Shown here: positions 48,695-62,783 of the stretch, piece by piece | Numbering within the stretch: the first letter of the stretch is position 1 | Layout of the letters: each line of letters starts with the position of its first letter | NCBI GenBank assembly: GCA_964106915.2 | Contig: OZ066916.1 | DNA: 64,000 bases | Source of the DNA: Podarcis gaigeae | Taxonomy: Eukaryota | Direction: 5' to 3' (one strand) | Position numbers and translations under genes: made by a program | Notes under the pieces: model-generated | The model's database searches: none | What the model was told of the DNA's origin: nothing | Seen by the model: only the letters and a program-made list of their open reading frames with translations

Positions 48695-49211
48695 TTAGCC
48701 ATCTCACCCCTTGCTTTTTCCCGTTAAGACCAATTGCAGTCGTTAATAGTTATCAACAGGTTTACCACACCTATCAGCAAATCACCCATTCCCACCACCC
48801 TTCTGAGTAATACCCCTCCCCACCCTCTCACTATATATAAGGGTCTGCTGACTTCTGTTTCAGTGTACAGTGGTACCTCGGGTTACAGACGCTTCAGTTA
48901 CAGACTCCACTAACCCAGAAATAGTACCTTGGGTTAAGAACTTTGCTTCAGTATGAGAACAGAAATTGCATGGCGGCAGTGCGGCGGCAGCGGGAGGCCC
49001 CATTAGCTAAAGTGGTACCTCAGGTTAAGAACAGTTTCAGCTTAAGAACGGACCTCCAGAACGAATTAAGTTCTTAACCAGCAACAGAAATGTTTAATGA
49101 ACGCAAAAGCTCGTACCAATAACAAACTTAGTTGGTCTCTAAGGTGCTACTGGAAGGAATTTTTCTATTGTTTCAACTACGGCAGACCAACACGGCTACC
49201 TACTTGTAACT
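48695..49211 (+). mobile_element. Penelope-like element terminal region interrupted by a MITE
   Basis: ctatatataaggg TATA-like motif, then cagtgTA[MITE]...aaagctcgtaccaataacaaacttagttggtctctaaggtgctactgg...ggcagaccaacacggctacc; flanked by actacttatctata on both sides (~48666-48679 and ~49209-49222). Confidence 0.72.
48868..49079 (+). mobile_element. Family A Tc1/mariner MITE lacking its right TIR
   Basis: TA|cagtggtacctcgggttacagac...; stops at ttcttaacc without gaggtaccactg. Confidence 0.85.
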
Positions 49212-50532
49212 ACTTATCTATAAAAGTATATACCACCCTCTCATAATATGTCAGAGCTGTGGACAACAATTTGAGCTCTGGAGGAGAGATGGGATATAAG
49301 CATAAATACTCACACGTATTGTCTACAACAGCATAGGATATCAATGTATGTGTGTGAAGCAGGCCTGCAAGGTTAACTCAAGGGAATGTAAATTGGCCCT
49401 GAGCTGTGTTCAAAGCAGATGCAAAGTGAACATACAGAACCTCCAGGAAACCAGAAGGAACAGCAGGCATTTCTAACTACTCAACAGCTGGAGGTGCAAG
49501 GAAGCATGGATCGGTCACACAGTGATCCTGCCAATTTCGGAAGCAAATTATCCTAGACTCTTGCACATAATAATTTTTGTGGATGCTATGTCTCCTCTGA
49601 TGTGCAGGTTTGGTTATTAGGGCTTCCCTGCCCCCGCCCATGCTGTCTGATGGCACGTGAACATCAAATGGTTAAGCTTTCTATTTTCCATTGTTGTGCA
49701 CTACACTGTGCCTATTTCCTCTACACTGTCACTCTGTATTTTGGAAAGCCTGTGCGGTTTTATTGGATCACAGGACCATGCCACAGATAGCGACAAGCTG
49801 TTGGGGTGGAACAGACAACAACTTCAGTTCTAAATTGCAAATATAGGCTTGGGATATAAGCCTCCCCTTTCAAACGTTACGCAATATGCTATCTTATGGA
49901 GCAGACGCACTCGGAGGCTACTTGCTCTAGTGCCCAAACATGTCACTTCACAGACAGCTGAGTTGCACAGTCTGTGAAGCTTCCATTAGGAAGACAAAAT
50001 TTGCTCTGCATTTCAGCTCCTCAGTGTTGCCCACCACACAGAGAGGTAGCAAAGCAGACCTACCTTAGGCACGCTATGGAATTGGAATAAAATTGCCACT
50101 TTAAGTATTGTGTATATAATTCAATTAATAATTTGCTGATGGTTTTATTAATACTTTGTCGTAATATAATAATAATTGAATACCATTACTACTACCATTT
50201 ATCCATGAACACACAAAAAAATCACATTCAGTTGGATTTTTATCACATTTACTACTACTACTACCACCCCCCAAAAAAAGCTTGCTTATGCTTATGAAAC
50301 TGTTTAGCAGCCAATGCTAAGCAAGAGGGAGTTGAGTAGTATGCTTTTAAACTGCCTGTATATTTAAATTATATCCTTGATGTGGTTTTCCTGCTAGCAT
50401 TTGATTTTTTAAGCATGCCTTGAGCATTAGTTTATAAAGCATATTTTATATTTCTAAAAATCAAGAAAATATGAAACTTCAGTTAAATGGCATTGTAGTT
50501 CTTTCATGTAATGATGCTTTTTCCCTTTAGAC

Positions 50533-50680
50533 CAGTGGCGTAGCGTGGGGGGTGCAGGGGGGGGTCGGCCGCACCGGGCGCAACATCTGGAGGTTAGGGT
50601 TAGGGGGCGCAAATCCATGGGTTAGGGGGCGCAAATTACTTGCCTTGCCCCGGGTGCTGACAACCCACGCTACGCCACTG
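50533..50680. mobile_element. Young hAT MITE
   Basis: Perfect 17-bp TIR CAGTGGCGTAGCGTGGG; perfect 8-bp TSD CTTTAGAC. Confidence 0.92.
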
Positions 50681-51760
50681 CTTTAGACACCAGTTCCCAA
50701 GTAAGAGCTCCCATCATTTTCTAAATTAAATTGATTTGGAATCGTCGGAATACCATTACTTGCTGTTTTACAAAGAGTTACTTCAGCAAACAATAACATT
50801 TCAACAATTTAGGGAGGAATCCAAACCTAAGATCTGCCAGGATGAGCAGACATTGGAACAGGCAGAGCTCCAGCCTGGGTTCAGGTGGGACTATGTCGAC
50901 TGAAGTCTGTCATCCCAGCTCAGCTAGAGATACCCTGGCATAAATCCTAGCTCAGATGGGTTAAGTTCCTTTTCAAAAGGAGTATTGTGAGGGAGCGGTG
51001 AGGAGGCACAGGGCAGGGGCAAACTTCCCTCTATGTTATGCCAGCATAATGTACCTTGGCGTAAATTATGCTGGCTACACAGTTCTGTTTGCTATGCTTT
51101 AATAAGTTGCATTTTAAGGCTCTACATGAAAGTCAGATGTCTACCTCCATGTACCGTATTTATTAAATCCACTTTTAAAGCCACCTACGTCAGTGGACAA
51201 TGCCACATCTGTAACAACACAAGGGCAAGAATTTATTGTTGCTATGCTATTTATTGGAGTCATTGCAGTTTTATTCATCCTACCTCCAAGGAGCTCTAGA
51301 CACCATATGAGGTTCTTTTCTCTACCCCCGGTTGAGCTCATAATAAACTCTGTGAGGTAGGATTAGGCTGACAGTGGATGGCTCAAGGTGAAATACATTG
51401 AGCTTCATAGCTGAAAAAGCATCTTTCAGTTTTTGTCAAACAACTACTATTTCGTCGCCCAACTACTATTTCACACTAACTAACATGTATTTTTTTGTAG
51501 AACGCACATACACGCTAATTGTGAATTCCACAGCAGAGGGGGGACGTGATGTGTGACCTTCCAGATGTTAATTGGGACAACTGGGACTAATGTGAGCTGT
51601 GCTTCAACAACATCTGGAGAAAACTGGTTTCCCACCCCTGACCTACAAAAGGTTATGTACATTACTGTGAGTTCATGACTAAGGCTGCAGCCATTACTTC
51701 TCACTCAAGTGCTTTCTTCCTGACTGCTATATTTATTTGTGACACAGGCTCTGCATACTA

Positions 51761-51981
51761 CAGTGGAACCTCGGGTAATCCGTGATGGAGGCACGTCCAC
51801 AACCCGCAGCATTCGTAACCTGCAGCACCGTGTCTGCACACGCACGTGACGCAATTTAGCGCTTGTGCACATGTGCAAGCGGCGAAACCCAAAAGTAACC
51901 CTTTCTGGTACTTCTGGGTTTCCCACGATCCGCAACATGAAAACGCGTAACCTGAAGCGTATGTAACCTGAGGTACCACTG
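51761..51981 (-). mobile_element. Tc1/mariner-type MITE related to families A/B
   Basis: TA|cagtggaacctcggg ... ctgaggtaccactg|TA. Confidence 0.85.
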
Positions 51982-54900
51982 TACTTATACAGAGGCACCC
52001 AGTGCAAAACACTTTTGAGAGCGAGTTATTGAAAGAAAGTCAGTCTTCCGCAAATAAAATCTACATTTGATAGCCCAACAACTTTCTAGACGTTTCTTTG
52101 GGGGGGAAAGAGAGAGAGGCCATTTTAAACATCTTGAGCATGGTGGTTGGGGGAGTGTTGTGTAACTCAGAAAACACTATGTGGAAATGCTGAGATAGAT
52201 TTTTCACTATGTGTTCTCAGCTTCCCCTGTACAACAACCTGAATAATTTTTTTCCTCACTGTGCAACAATAGTATGGGATGAGAGAGGGAAAAGAAATAA
52301 GAGCTAGAAAAGAAACATTGGGAAAAGAAAATTGAAATGTGTCCTAGCAAAAATATTAAAGTCTTGAAAATTATTATTTTTTAAAGTTCTTATTCCTCCA
52401 GCTGAGTATGCTTTATTGGATATGCTTTATTATGCTAACTAACAATTCAGTAAGAATCCTAAATGTCTGCATTTCATTTTATATTAGTTCCAATTTATCC
52501 TTCCTATAGTTTGAAATATGTATCTTGCCCCATCCCTAGGACTCAGCATGAGTTAAACTGCCAACACAAATGAAAAATCAAAAGGAATGTATTTTAGAAT
52601 TCTGCTTTTTACTTGGCGGCTTAAATCCAACCTCAGATAAGAGTGCTACTAAAGTGATCATGCAATGCATCTAGTACAACAAACAAACAAACAAAATAAG
52701 CTTGAGTGTGTTTTGAAGGAAAGGATGCTACCTTAGCTGCAGAGGATTCACAAACAATTCCTCTCTGCGTATCCCTGCTCTCTGGGCTTGTCAAAGAGTT
52801 GAGATGTTTTCAGCAAATCTAAGAGAATACGACGGGAGAGAGGCAACAGTCACATACCACATTAAAACCATAGTGAAAATTAAATTATGATTTAAGCTGA
52901 GCACATAGCAAGCTTAGTATATACGCCGCAAGAAGGGAAACCACAGAGCTCTCCACCCCACTCCTCCCTTTGCATTGCAGGAGAAAACAAACAAGGTAGC
53001 CTGCAAACCAGCCTATCGTTTGTTTCCTCCTCTGCAGCATAGGAAGAAGCAGGGAGGGAGTGTGTTGGGGACTTCTGATGAGTTCTGGCTAAGCCATAGT
53101 TTAATTTTAAACAATGGTTTAGCGTTTTGTGCAAATCAGGCCGCTGTGGAGACCGTGCAGATGCTGAAGAACCAATTTAATGTGAGTCACCCCTTTCCAG
53201 GGGATTGTTCCCACAGTGCCAGGTGAGTCTTTAAATGTGTCAAGAGCAGTCAATTCAAGCACATAGCAATCTGCTGCACATTTCAGGATGTGTGATGGCT
53301 TTATTTCTAGGTCTAGAAGAGAAACAAAAGGTGGGTGTTGGGGAAAAGCACTCGGGGCTATCTCCGCAACCTGCTGTTCCAAGCACAACAGGACTGCACA
53401 ATCAGTAAAGGCTTAATTTGGTCAATGTTAGCACAAGGACCTGCCAATCATCCTTACATTGGCCTTGTCTACATCCAGGTCCTAAAGTCACATTGTAACT
53501 GTGACCAGCAAATGACCTTCATCACTTTCTGTGATCTTCCCGCTAGCAATGATGCAAGAGTAATGCTCACTCTTTACATTGGTGAGCAATATAGACTGAA
53601 ATTGATCTAAATAGGCAGGAGGAAGTTTAGCCTCTTATACTCCCGTGCTGTGCTGATGAACTAGAACTGACTACAAGTGATTTCTCTCCACAAAAGCAGT
53701 TGGCAAATTCATCCCAGCAGGCAGACGACAACTTAACCACACAGGGGAGACAATATTCATTTGACAGTTCAGCTTTCCTGAATGTCACTTTACAGATGTA
53801 ATGGAAGCTTAGAAAGACAATTGTTTTCTGTTGAAATAAAGCAGTAGAGAATGATGTTTGGGAGCAACTATGGCAATAGCTGTGGCCAGCTTCCTTAGTG
53901 TTCCTTGATGAATACTGCCTGTTGTGTCATTGACTGGTGATTTGCATATGCATTGTATGGATTTGAGCATTAAAGCTTTTGAAAATCATCAGCATCTGAG
54001 TTTATGTGTCTCATCCCAGGGAGCCAGGACACCACGCTTCTTTCTGGACGGACTTTGGAAAATGCCCAACAGTGCGTTTTTAATGTCTGTAACCCAGTGT
54101 CTGCCTTAACTGTGTAAACTCCAGCCTCTTTCTGTTCATGTGTGTAACTGTTTCTTGTTCTCAAATTATTATTAAGTGTTATGAGGGGTTTTGTGGGTGG
54201 TAGGCTGAATGCCTGGATCTCCCTTCTAATTCCTGGATTCAGCACAGATTCTATTGAATTGCCTGGGAGACGAGCCATTAAGAAAGGGAAGGTAATGACC
54301 CCTTAAGAAGGCAACATCTTTGCCAGACAGCAAGTGGGTGGAACCTCTCCCTCTGCTCAGAATTAATTAGAAGAACAAAAGTCAGTATTCAGAGTTTAGA
54401 GTTGGCTGGAATGTGGCTGGGAGGGAAAAGGTGGCAGTCCATTAAAGGCGGCAAGCTGAGGAGATGGTCAGAGCCATGGCTGATGCAAGTTTGAATCCAG
54501 AGCTGTACCTATGGGAGAAGCAAGACCCTACTGGAGTGTTGTTGCTGTGATGCCCTCCATTGCAGGCCAGGTTATATGCATGTCTGTAAAGAAACCATAT
54601 ATCCTAAAGATACCACAGTCTCTGCTGTGCCTCATTTCCAAAAGGAAACATGGATCCTGGGTAAGCATGTCTGGAACACTTGGAATCTTCCACCGCTTGG
54701 AGATTGGGATGGCACACAACATATGTAAAGTGACCACAGATGCATTTTTATTTTTATTTTTTTAAAAACCTAAGCAAAACTTGCTTTTGGTGTACTTGGG
54801 ATTAGCATCTCCAAGACACTTTGTTTTTCTTCTTCACAGGCCTTCCTTCACTCTCAGCGCAGGTTTCGAAGCACAGCATACCACCCCTCCCAGCTCCCTT

Positions 54901-57900
54901 CACTTCTGCACAGTTTCTACAAAAACAGATACTCTAGCAAGTGGACGTTGAATCTATTTTGCCACAGACATTGGCATTGATTTGAGCCACCAGCAAACTT
55001 TGTCAAGTCTCCGCATGCTTCTATCGCTATTTCTAAAGATGAATGATTAAATCTATCAAAATGTAACAAGTGAGGGACTTGATTTCTCCGCGTACACAAG
55101 GTTGCCTGGAGCTAAGTCTCTTCCCCTACTAAGCAAACATTATTTCATTTGTGTGCAGTTATAGGAGCACATGCATTGAATTGAAACGATTTAGCAGTTT
55201 TGATTCTCTGAAAAGTAGTTATTTTCTGAAGAACAGGACCACCTCCATAAACTTTGTTTTAATTCAACACCCCCTTAACTTTGCTTTATTAGATACATAT
55301 GTACTTAAGATCACACTTGTACCATGTATTTCAGATAAGATTGGCTCCCAGAGTAGCTTACATACAATAAGTAAAATCCTTCACAAAAATGCAAAAAATG
55401 ATAGTGCTGCAGGCGTTCTGGGATGGCACCAGTTACCTGTTTCCACACGCAAGACTCCAAGTCACTTTTGAGATACTATTATTGTTAACCTCTGCTAAAG
55501 AGAAATGCTGAGGAGTGGGCATTTGTAATGCAAATGAGCATTCTGGCCAATGCAGATTTACAGCTACTGGAGAAAGCAACAGAAAATTTATCACTTGTAT
55601 GCGAAGATACCCTTACATCACAATCTTCTCATGCATGCTTCCTCAACAGTGACTCCTCCCCACCCCACATGGTACTCAATCATGAATGAGTGGTCTTACT
55701 GTGCACTAGCCTGGTATTTTAATAGCAGAAACATCAGACTTGAAGACAAGATGCCACCTGAAGAATAAAGGGCCAGAAGAGATGGCTGCAAACATCTATG
55801 CCTTCTTTCTTATGAATAATCCATATGAAAAGGTTCTGTAGAAAGCTCAGCAATCTTGTAATAGTTATACTGGGGTACAGACTCCAGACAAAATCTGGAT
55901 TAAATATCCCACAAACAGTTGTGTGTGTATTTAAAATAATATGCTATATTATTTTTTATTATTATTATTATTTTTTGCCATGTTAAAATATAAAGGTTGT
56001 TGGAAAAGAGGACCAATCTGATGGGTTAGTCCAGAACTCAGCCTAATTTGATAAGAGCCAGCACAAACTTATATCTGCAACACATGCAAACAGAAGCTGA
56101 GTGAACAAAATGGGGGAGGGGGGAATAAGTGCCTCATTCTCAGATTTGCATGGGGAAAGTAAATACATTTTCATTTTAGAGTGCTTCAGAATAGCTTGCC
56201 ATTGAAAGGCTTAAAGGAACATAGCAGGTGGCATTTTGAAAACTTCCCTCATTGAATAAGCAGCGTCACAAATTATTTGGTATTGAAACTTAAGATGGCA
56301 ACTGCACGTGGCCTATTAATCAGAGCTGAAGCTCTTATACTAAGAATACATAAAATGAGTCTGCCGAATCAATTTAACAAATGTCTCCTCTCCACTCTGG
56401 GTAATACATCCCAGCTGTACGTATAAAATAGACAATCCAGTAGTAAAAGTGATCCAATGTCTTCATTAGGATAATTTCATTATGGCAGTAACTGTGTATG
56501 CTTACAGGCCACCTTGAAAGAAACAATAACTCCAATCAGTCACCACATTTACACTGCCCTACTCTAAATCAGTACTAATTCCGTCCTACTTTACCACTGA
56601 AGTCTGCACGAATTATGAGAGCCCTTCTGTAGCTGCCTTCCCAGTTGCTACCGCTACCCATAATTCCTCATGCCTTGCTGCTTCACCTTCCCCTCACAAG
56701 CGTAAGGGTCCATGTTGTGTAAGAGTAGACCTCTGAGTGATTCCAGCCTATCACTGGAAGTCTTTTGCAGCCTTTTATTTCTCAAAACACTTGACCAGTG
56801 ACCAAAAAAAAAAAAACACAACCAGTTGAAAGAGGCTTCCTCCCAATGATGCAGCCCACCAAGGTGGCCTGAGCACACTTGTGGGTGGGTGGCAGCGCAG
56901 ACCAAGGCAGTTTAGGCATGTTTGCAGGCAGGGGGCTGGCAGTGGCGTCAGGCCACAGCACATGCACATTGTTTGGGAGGAAGCTGAGTGCGGGGCCCAG
57001 CACGGTGCTGCTTCAATGGCTAGGCAGCTCCTTCTCTCTCGCACGCAGCCTCCTCTGACCCCTTCAAGATTGGCGCAGGGGCTCGGCCCCCCCGCCAACA
57101 AACATTCGACTCAGAGAAGACCCATTAAAATTAATGGACTCATGTTGGTCAACTTTGAGGAGAACTTAAGATACAACCCATAGCTAGCTCCCTCCCAAAA
57201 CATAAATAGCAAAGATTAAAAATTAATAGACACGGCAGTCAAATACATCTAAGCAGTCAGGTTTTTGCCAAGCTGTGAAAGGTGATTAAGTGGGCGCAGT
57301 GAGCTTCTGTATAGGAAGTGTTTCACAAGGAGGGCTCCCATTGCTGAGGGGGAAATATATCAGGGCCCATGGGTAGAGGAAGCATTAATGTCTGGGAATT
57401 TGTCTGGAACAGGGAACTCTCATTTATTTTTCCTTAAGAATATTGAAATAAATTACAATTTTATTGAATAGTTCACAAGCTGATGTTTGACCTACTGGCC
57501 ATATTTTATATTATTATACATGTTCTTAATATTGGGGAATAGAAACCAAATCCCTGCAGTTACCATTACTTAAAAGTATTGCTCAACGCAAGGTGAGAAG
57601 AATCAATCTCATTCGACTCAAGGGAGCAAACATTGAGGAAAAGGTATGGTACCTTCATGAATGAAATTGAAGGCTGTTTGTGTGTGTGTATTAAAAAAAC
57701 TTCAGCAAGATACAAGTATAGTAACGTTTTAAAGCAGTATTTTACTTTGGGATTAACCCTAACCCAGACCTTTGGGGAAGAAATTATACCCCAGGTGCAT
57801 TTTTCATGGCAAAATTTACAGGGAAGTAGACCTATAATGTAGTCGTTCTAGGACATTGTCCTCTGCAGAATAGTAAGTAGGGTCCTCAAACTTCAGCCAT

Positions 57901-60343
57901 TTACAATTTTCTTTCGGTAAACAAAAAGCACCTGGATAATACATAAGAGAGCACATCCATTTCAGCTCCACTGGGTGGGTCGGTATGGCTACTTGATATG
58001 CATTTGAACACCTATGCCTTTTTTCCTCCCTGCACATGTCCCTAGTGAATGAAGGACATTGCGGTTGTGATCTTGGTATATGCCCATCCATGTCATTGAG
58101 CAGGTGTGAATACATCTGCCTACATCTGTTTTCATTTGCTTTCTAATGTACACTCTGTAGGGTAACGCAGAATCAATTTGCAATGAGTTTTTATTTTTGG
58201 AAAGAAACCAATTTCTCAAGAAGCACTTTTCAGAGGAAAAATAAAAATAAAATAAAATATTAAATGCAATAGAGCTAGACTGAGTGTGGACTACACAGCG
58301 GGGGGGACGGGACGGACCAAAATACTCAATTTCCATTTATTGTATAATATTCCAGCAAATTATAAGTTTGGCCTTAAATTAAGGCAAGGACGGGTTAATA
58401 CTAATCTGTATTCTACCTCTAAACCCATCTAATGAAATCAAGGCTGATTGAAAAGGCCTTCACTTGATCACAGCATGTTTGTTTATTCTCATTTGCTGCA
58501 TATTAGGCAACCAAATTAAGTCCAGAACTGTTGTGCCCCATCCATAAGGTTTCAACATTGGGCCAGTTTTTAAATGGAATTATTCAGTCCAATGAATATA
58601 ACTCATGTGTAAATAGAGTCACAATACAAACCTATATTGTGAGTCAACCACACTAACTGGAAGGATTGTACATGGTAATTCTTCCCCACATCACAGCGAT
58701 GTTGGCATGTTAAGAGCAGGGGAAAGTGCTTAGGAATGCAATTAAGAGATGTAGGGACATTTTGCCTTAAGATTTTCACTACTTCAGGTAATGAATAAAA
58801 TAGGGGTGGTACTTTAAAACCATCCACATAGTCAATGGCTGGGATGTGCTCTGAGGGAAGAGATCAGCAGGCATTGCCAGCTGTTCCCAAGGAGAGTGTT
58901 GGTGTCAGCAGAATGTGTAAGGCCTATGCTCAGAAAGTTTGTGTCAGCAGCTATGAACGCCAGCCTGTCAGCATTTCTATCCAATTTTGTACACACACAC
59001 AAAATGTATATTTCTTAACAATTATGCCGAAAGCAAGGAAGGATCTCATTATACCTCAACCTAAAAATACCACTTTCTTCTAGAAGTGATTCCTGTCAGG
59101 CATGGCAGAAACAAGAGCCTCATGAGCAGAACAAAATCTTCCTTCGAAACGCAATTATGCCTCATGGTTAACTGCACAAGCGTCTTTCTTTCGAAGACGA
59201 GGGGCACACTTGCCTCATACCAGGGATTGTGGCTGAAGGCTCCTCCCGCCACGACATATTGGCCGAACTTGCTTGCCCTACAATCATTTGCCCTATGTTG
59301 GTTGGAAAACTGAAGTTTAGTTCTTTGAACTCAAATGGTGTTCTACAATAGACTTATTAATAGCCCAAAACATACCTCAGCGGTTGCTCAAGGCAAGGGT
59401 CTTTGCTGAGAAGAGGATGTCTGTTGATGAAACCTCTCCTCTTGGGCAGTTGTTTTGGGACTACAACTCCCATCATCCCTCGCTAGCAGGACCAGTAGTC
59501 GGGGTGATGGGAATTGTAGTCAAAGAACAGCTGGAGACCCAAGTTTGGGAAACCCTGATCTAGGACAACAGTGGGCCTTTTTGTTGTTCAGCAGTACATT
59601 TGGCCTTGTTTGGTTGGCTGATTGGATGACTTAGGGTGCATATAATGTGGATGCTGTTGGTACTGGGTATTGTTAATTGACCTACTGCCATGTTTTATAC
59701 TGGAGTACTCAACACAGTGCCCCCCCCCCACACCACAGATATTGTTATACTACAATTCCCATCATTCCTGATTATTGGCCATGCTGGCTGGGGCTGATGG
59801 ATGCTATAGTCTAATTCTGGAGGATACCTACTGTGTTATCTACCCGTTTTATACTCATTTAAACATTTTTTGTACTTTGAAATGAATTGGTGTTGAACTG
59901 TCAAACATTACACTGTAGAGGTAAAATTATGTATTGCGCCTACTGATGTACTTGAATTTTCTAAATTATGTGAAGCACTTCAAGCACAATTTGTGGGAAA
60001 TGTGGCATGTAAATAAACTTACTTATGCCTGTGTGGGAAATGCCAGGCTGCACATTACATGGTATCTTACTACACATGTAAATTAATGAATTATTACTAT
60101 AGGCATTTTACTCAGTTCTTCACCCTCAAAGGCTCCCAGCTTACATTCAGTCAAATAAAATAAGAATGTCCCTGGTCACTTACAATCTAAGTAGTTGTGT
60201 CACAAGGAAGGAAGGAAGGAAGGGAGTAAAAACAAACACAGGCACAAATTATGTTAAATAATTATTCTTATAATTAACAGCTGTTATGGAAACAGTTCGG
60301 AAACGAGAAGAGACTGATTCAGTAGATCTGCCGAATTCAACTA

Positions 60344-60565
60344 CAGTGGGACTTCGAGTTACATACACTTCAGGTTACAGACTCCGCTAACCCAGAAATA
60401 TTACCTCAGGTTAAGAACTTTGCTTCAGGATTAGAACAGAAATTGTGTGGCAGCGGCACAGCAGCAGCGGAAGGCCCCATTAAAGTGGTGCTTCAGGTTA
60501 AGAACAGTTTCAGGTTAAGAACAGACCTCCGGAACGAATTAAGTACGTAACCAGAGGTACCACTG
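60344..60565 (+). mobile_element. Family A Tc1/mariner MITE
   Basis: TA|cagtgggacttcgagtta ... agaggtaccactg|TA; collinear with 564-805. Confidence 0.87.
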
Positions 60566-62436
60566 TAATGTGAAATAACTATTGAAATGACAATAAATAT
60601 TTGCACATCAAGAATATATTCATCTTCATAATTTGCAGAAAAGAACTTAGGACTGTTCCTGTTCCAGCCTTAAAAAGTGTCAGAAAACATAAGAACTAAG
60701 GAAGGGGCGGGGCAAACTGACCTTTTGTGGCCAACCTTTTTCCGACCTGAAACGTTAGTAAATCAGGAACCAAGGATAAAAGCCACAGATGGAATCTACT
60801 TTATAAAGCATGACAGCAGAGGAGGGAGTTCATTTTCAAGCTATTTACAAATACAAAAAAATGCCTTTTTGTTGTCCTCTTAAGAAGGACTAGCATTAGA
60901 GATAACATCCCACCCCACTGCCATTGGATCTTTTTAGTATTATGGGTTCTCCATTATGGTACTTCAAAGAATGGTATCTTAATAGAGTTTTCATTTCTAG
61001 CATTAAAAATAGAGCTGCCAAAGAACTGAAAGTGTTGCTTAGGAGGGGTTTTTTTGGTTTCTTGCCATTGTGTGGAATCTGTTTCTGGGATTGCTTGTTG
61101 GTTGCCGAGGAAACTGCGGATAAGTAAGAACTGAACAGGCTGTGCTGCTGCAATGTTCAGATTGCTTGGAAGAAGTCAATGCAGTTGATGGGCACAGGTG
61201 ACGCAAGTAATATGAAGATTGACAGTGTCTATTCATTATTTTTCCAAATACAACCCCCCCCCAAAGTCTGAGCAGTCAAGTGTTCCACATGCACCATCAC
61301 TTAGAAGAACCAGTTTTACATTTGCTTAATTTATCATACATTTAGCTGCACATGTACCCGATTTGTCAATTTTGGTGTAGGCAAAAAGCGAAGCAGGCTG
61401 CAATAATGTGGAATAAGCATATCTTTTCTCCCGCCAAACAGATCAATGTCTTACCCAGGAGAGATTCCCCACCAGTGTCAGGCAGATCCAAATCAAGAGG
61501 GAAAAAAGTATTAAAATTTAAGATATGGTTGTCACCAAAGCACAGATGAGATGGTAAACTTGTGACCAGGCTGCACTCATTTTTAGAGTGCAAGCAGTTC
61601 ATAAAAGGCAAGGCTGAGGAACCGGCAGCCTCTCAGCTGTTTCTGGACTCCTATCATGAATGATGGAAGGTCAGGGATAATGGGAGGTATAGTCTTAAAC
61701 ATCTGGAAGGCTACAGGCTCCCCACCTTTTGATTACTTAATTTCTATACCGCTTACTATATTCAAAATATCTCTTGAGCAGCGTACAGAAAACTGAAGCA
61801 GAAACAACTTAAGCAAAGCTTTACAAAAATACAGTTACAGAAACACATACATGAGAGAGATGAAATGCTTTTGCATGGAAACAAAAAAAGGGGTGTGTTT
61901 CTGTGTGCAAGGATTATTTAGTAATACTATTCTATACAGAGTATTTAAATCCCTAGCCAAAAAACAAAAACAAAAAAATGCATTGCTTCTCTTTTGGCAG
62001 GTTTTAGTTGCCTAAGCTTGGGAACAAAACATTTACATATTGTTAATGCTCTTCTAGTATGCTGCAATGCTTTGCTGTGTCAAGTACGAGCACAGCCTTC
62101 TCCGGGTCACTGGTTCAAATATGCACGATAAGCCACTCCAGTCCTGTGGGACTAAACACATTACGCAAACGATCAGCCACAAGGGAGAAGCAACAACAGA
62201 GCAACCATGAAAGATATTCCTGGGAAAAGAACTGCCTTCAGCCCATGGCAAGATTATCAACCAGTATTTCTAAAACAAGCCATGATATAATTTAAACGAA
62301 ATATCAACTGGGTTGTTATGTGTTGATAATACACTATAAAGCAGTTTAGCCCTCCAGATGTTTGTGGATTACAACTTCCATCACCCCTAACCATGTGCCA
62401 TGCTGGTTGGGGTTGATGGGAATTGGAGTCTAACAC

Positions 62437-62783
62437 AGGTGGCGTTGTGGGTTAAACCACAGAGCCTAGGACTTGCCGATCAGAAGGTTGGCGGTTTGAA
62501 TCCCCGCGACAGGGTGAGCTCCTGTTGCTCGGTCCCAGCTCCTGCCAACTTAGCAGTTCGAAAGCACGTCAAAGTGCAAGTAGATAAATAGGTACCGCTC
62601 CTGCGGGAAGATAAACAGCGTTTCCATGTGCTGCTCTGGTTCACCAGAAGCGGCTTAGTCATGCTGGCCACATGACCCGGAAGCTGTACATCGGCTCCCT
62701 CGGCCAATAAAGCGAGATGAGCGCCGCAACCCCAGAGTCAGTCACGACTGGATCTAATGGTCAACGGTCCCTTTACCTTTACC
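62437..62783 (+). mobile_element. Sauria SINE nested in a palindromic hAT MITE
   Basis: ggtggcgttgtgggttaaacc ... ggtccctttacctttacc; the host MITE arm resumes ctggaggaccataggttagccacccc. Confidence 0.92.

Noticed and set aside
6765-62707. Recurrent peptide family (MAEGAGVQLPGH...RSGTYLSTCTLTCF) in several ORFs
   Set aside because: These are translations of Sauria SINE copies, not a gene family.
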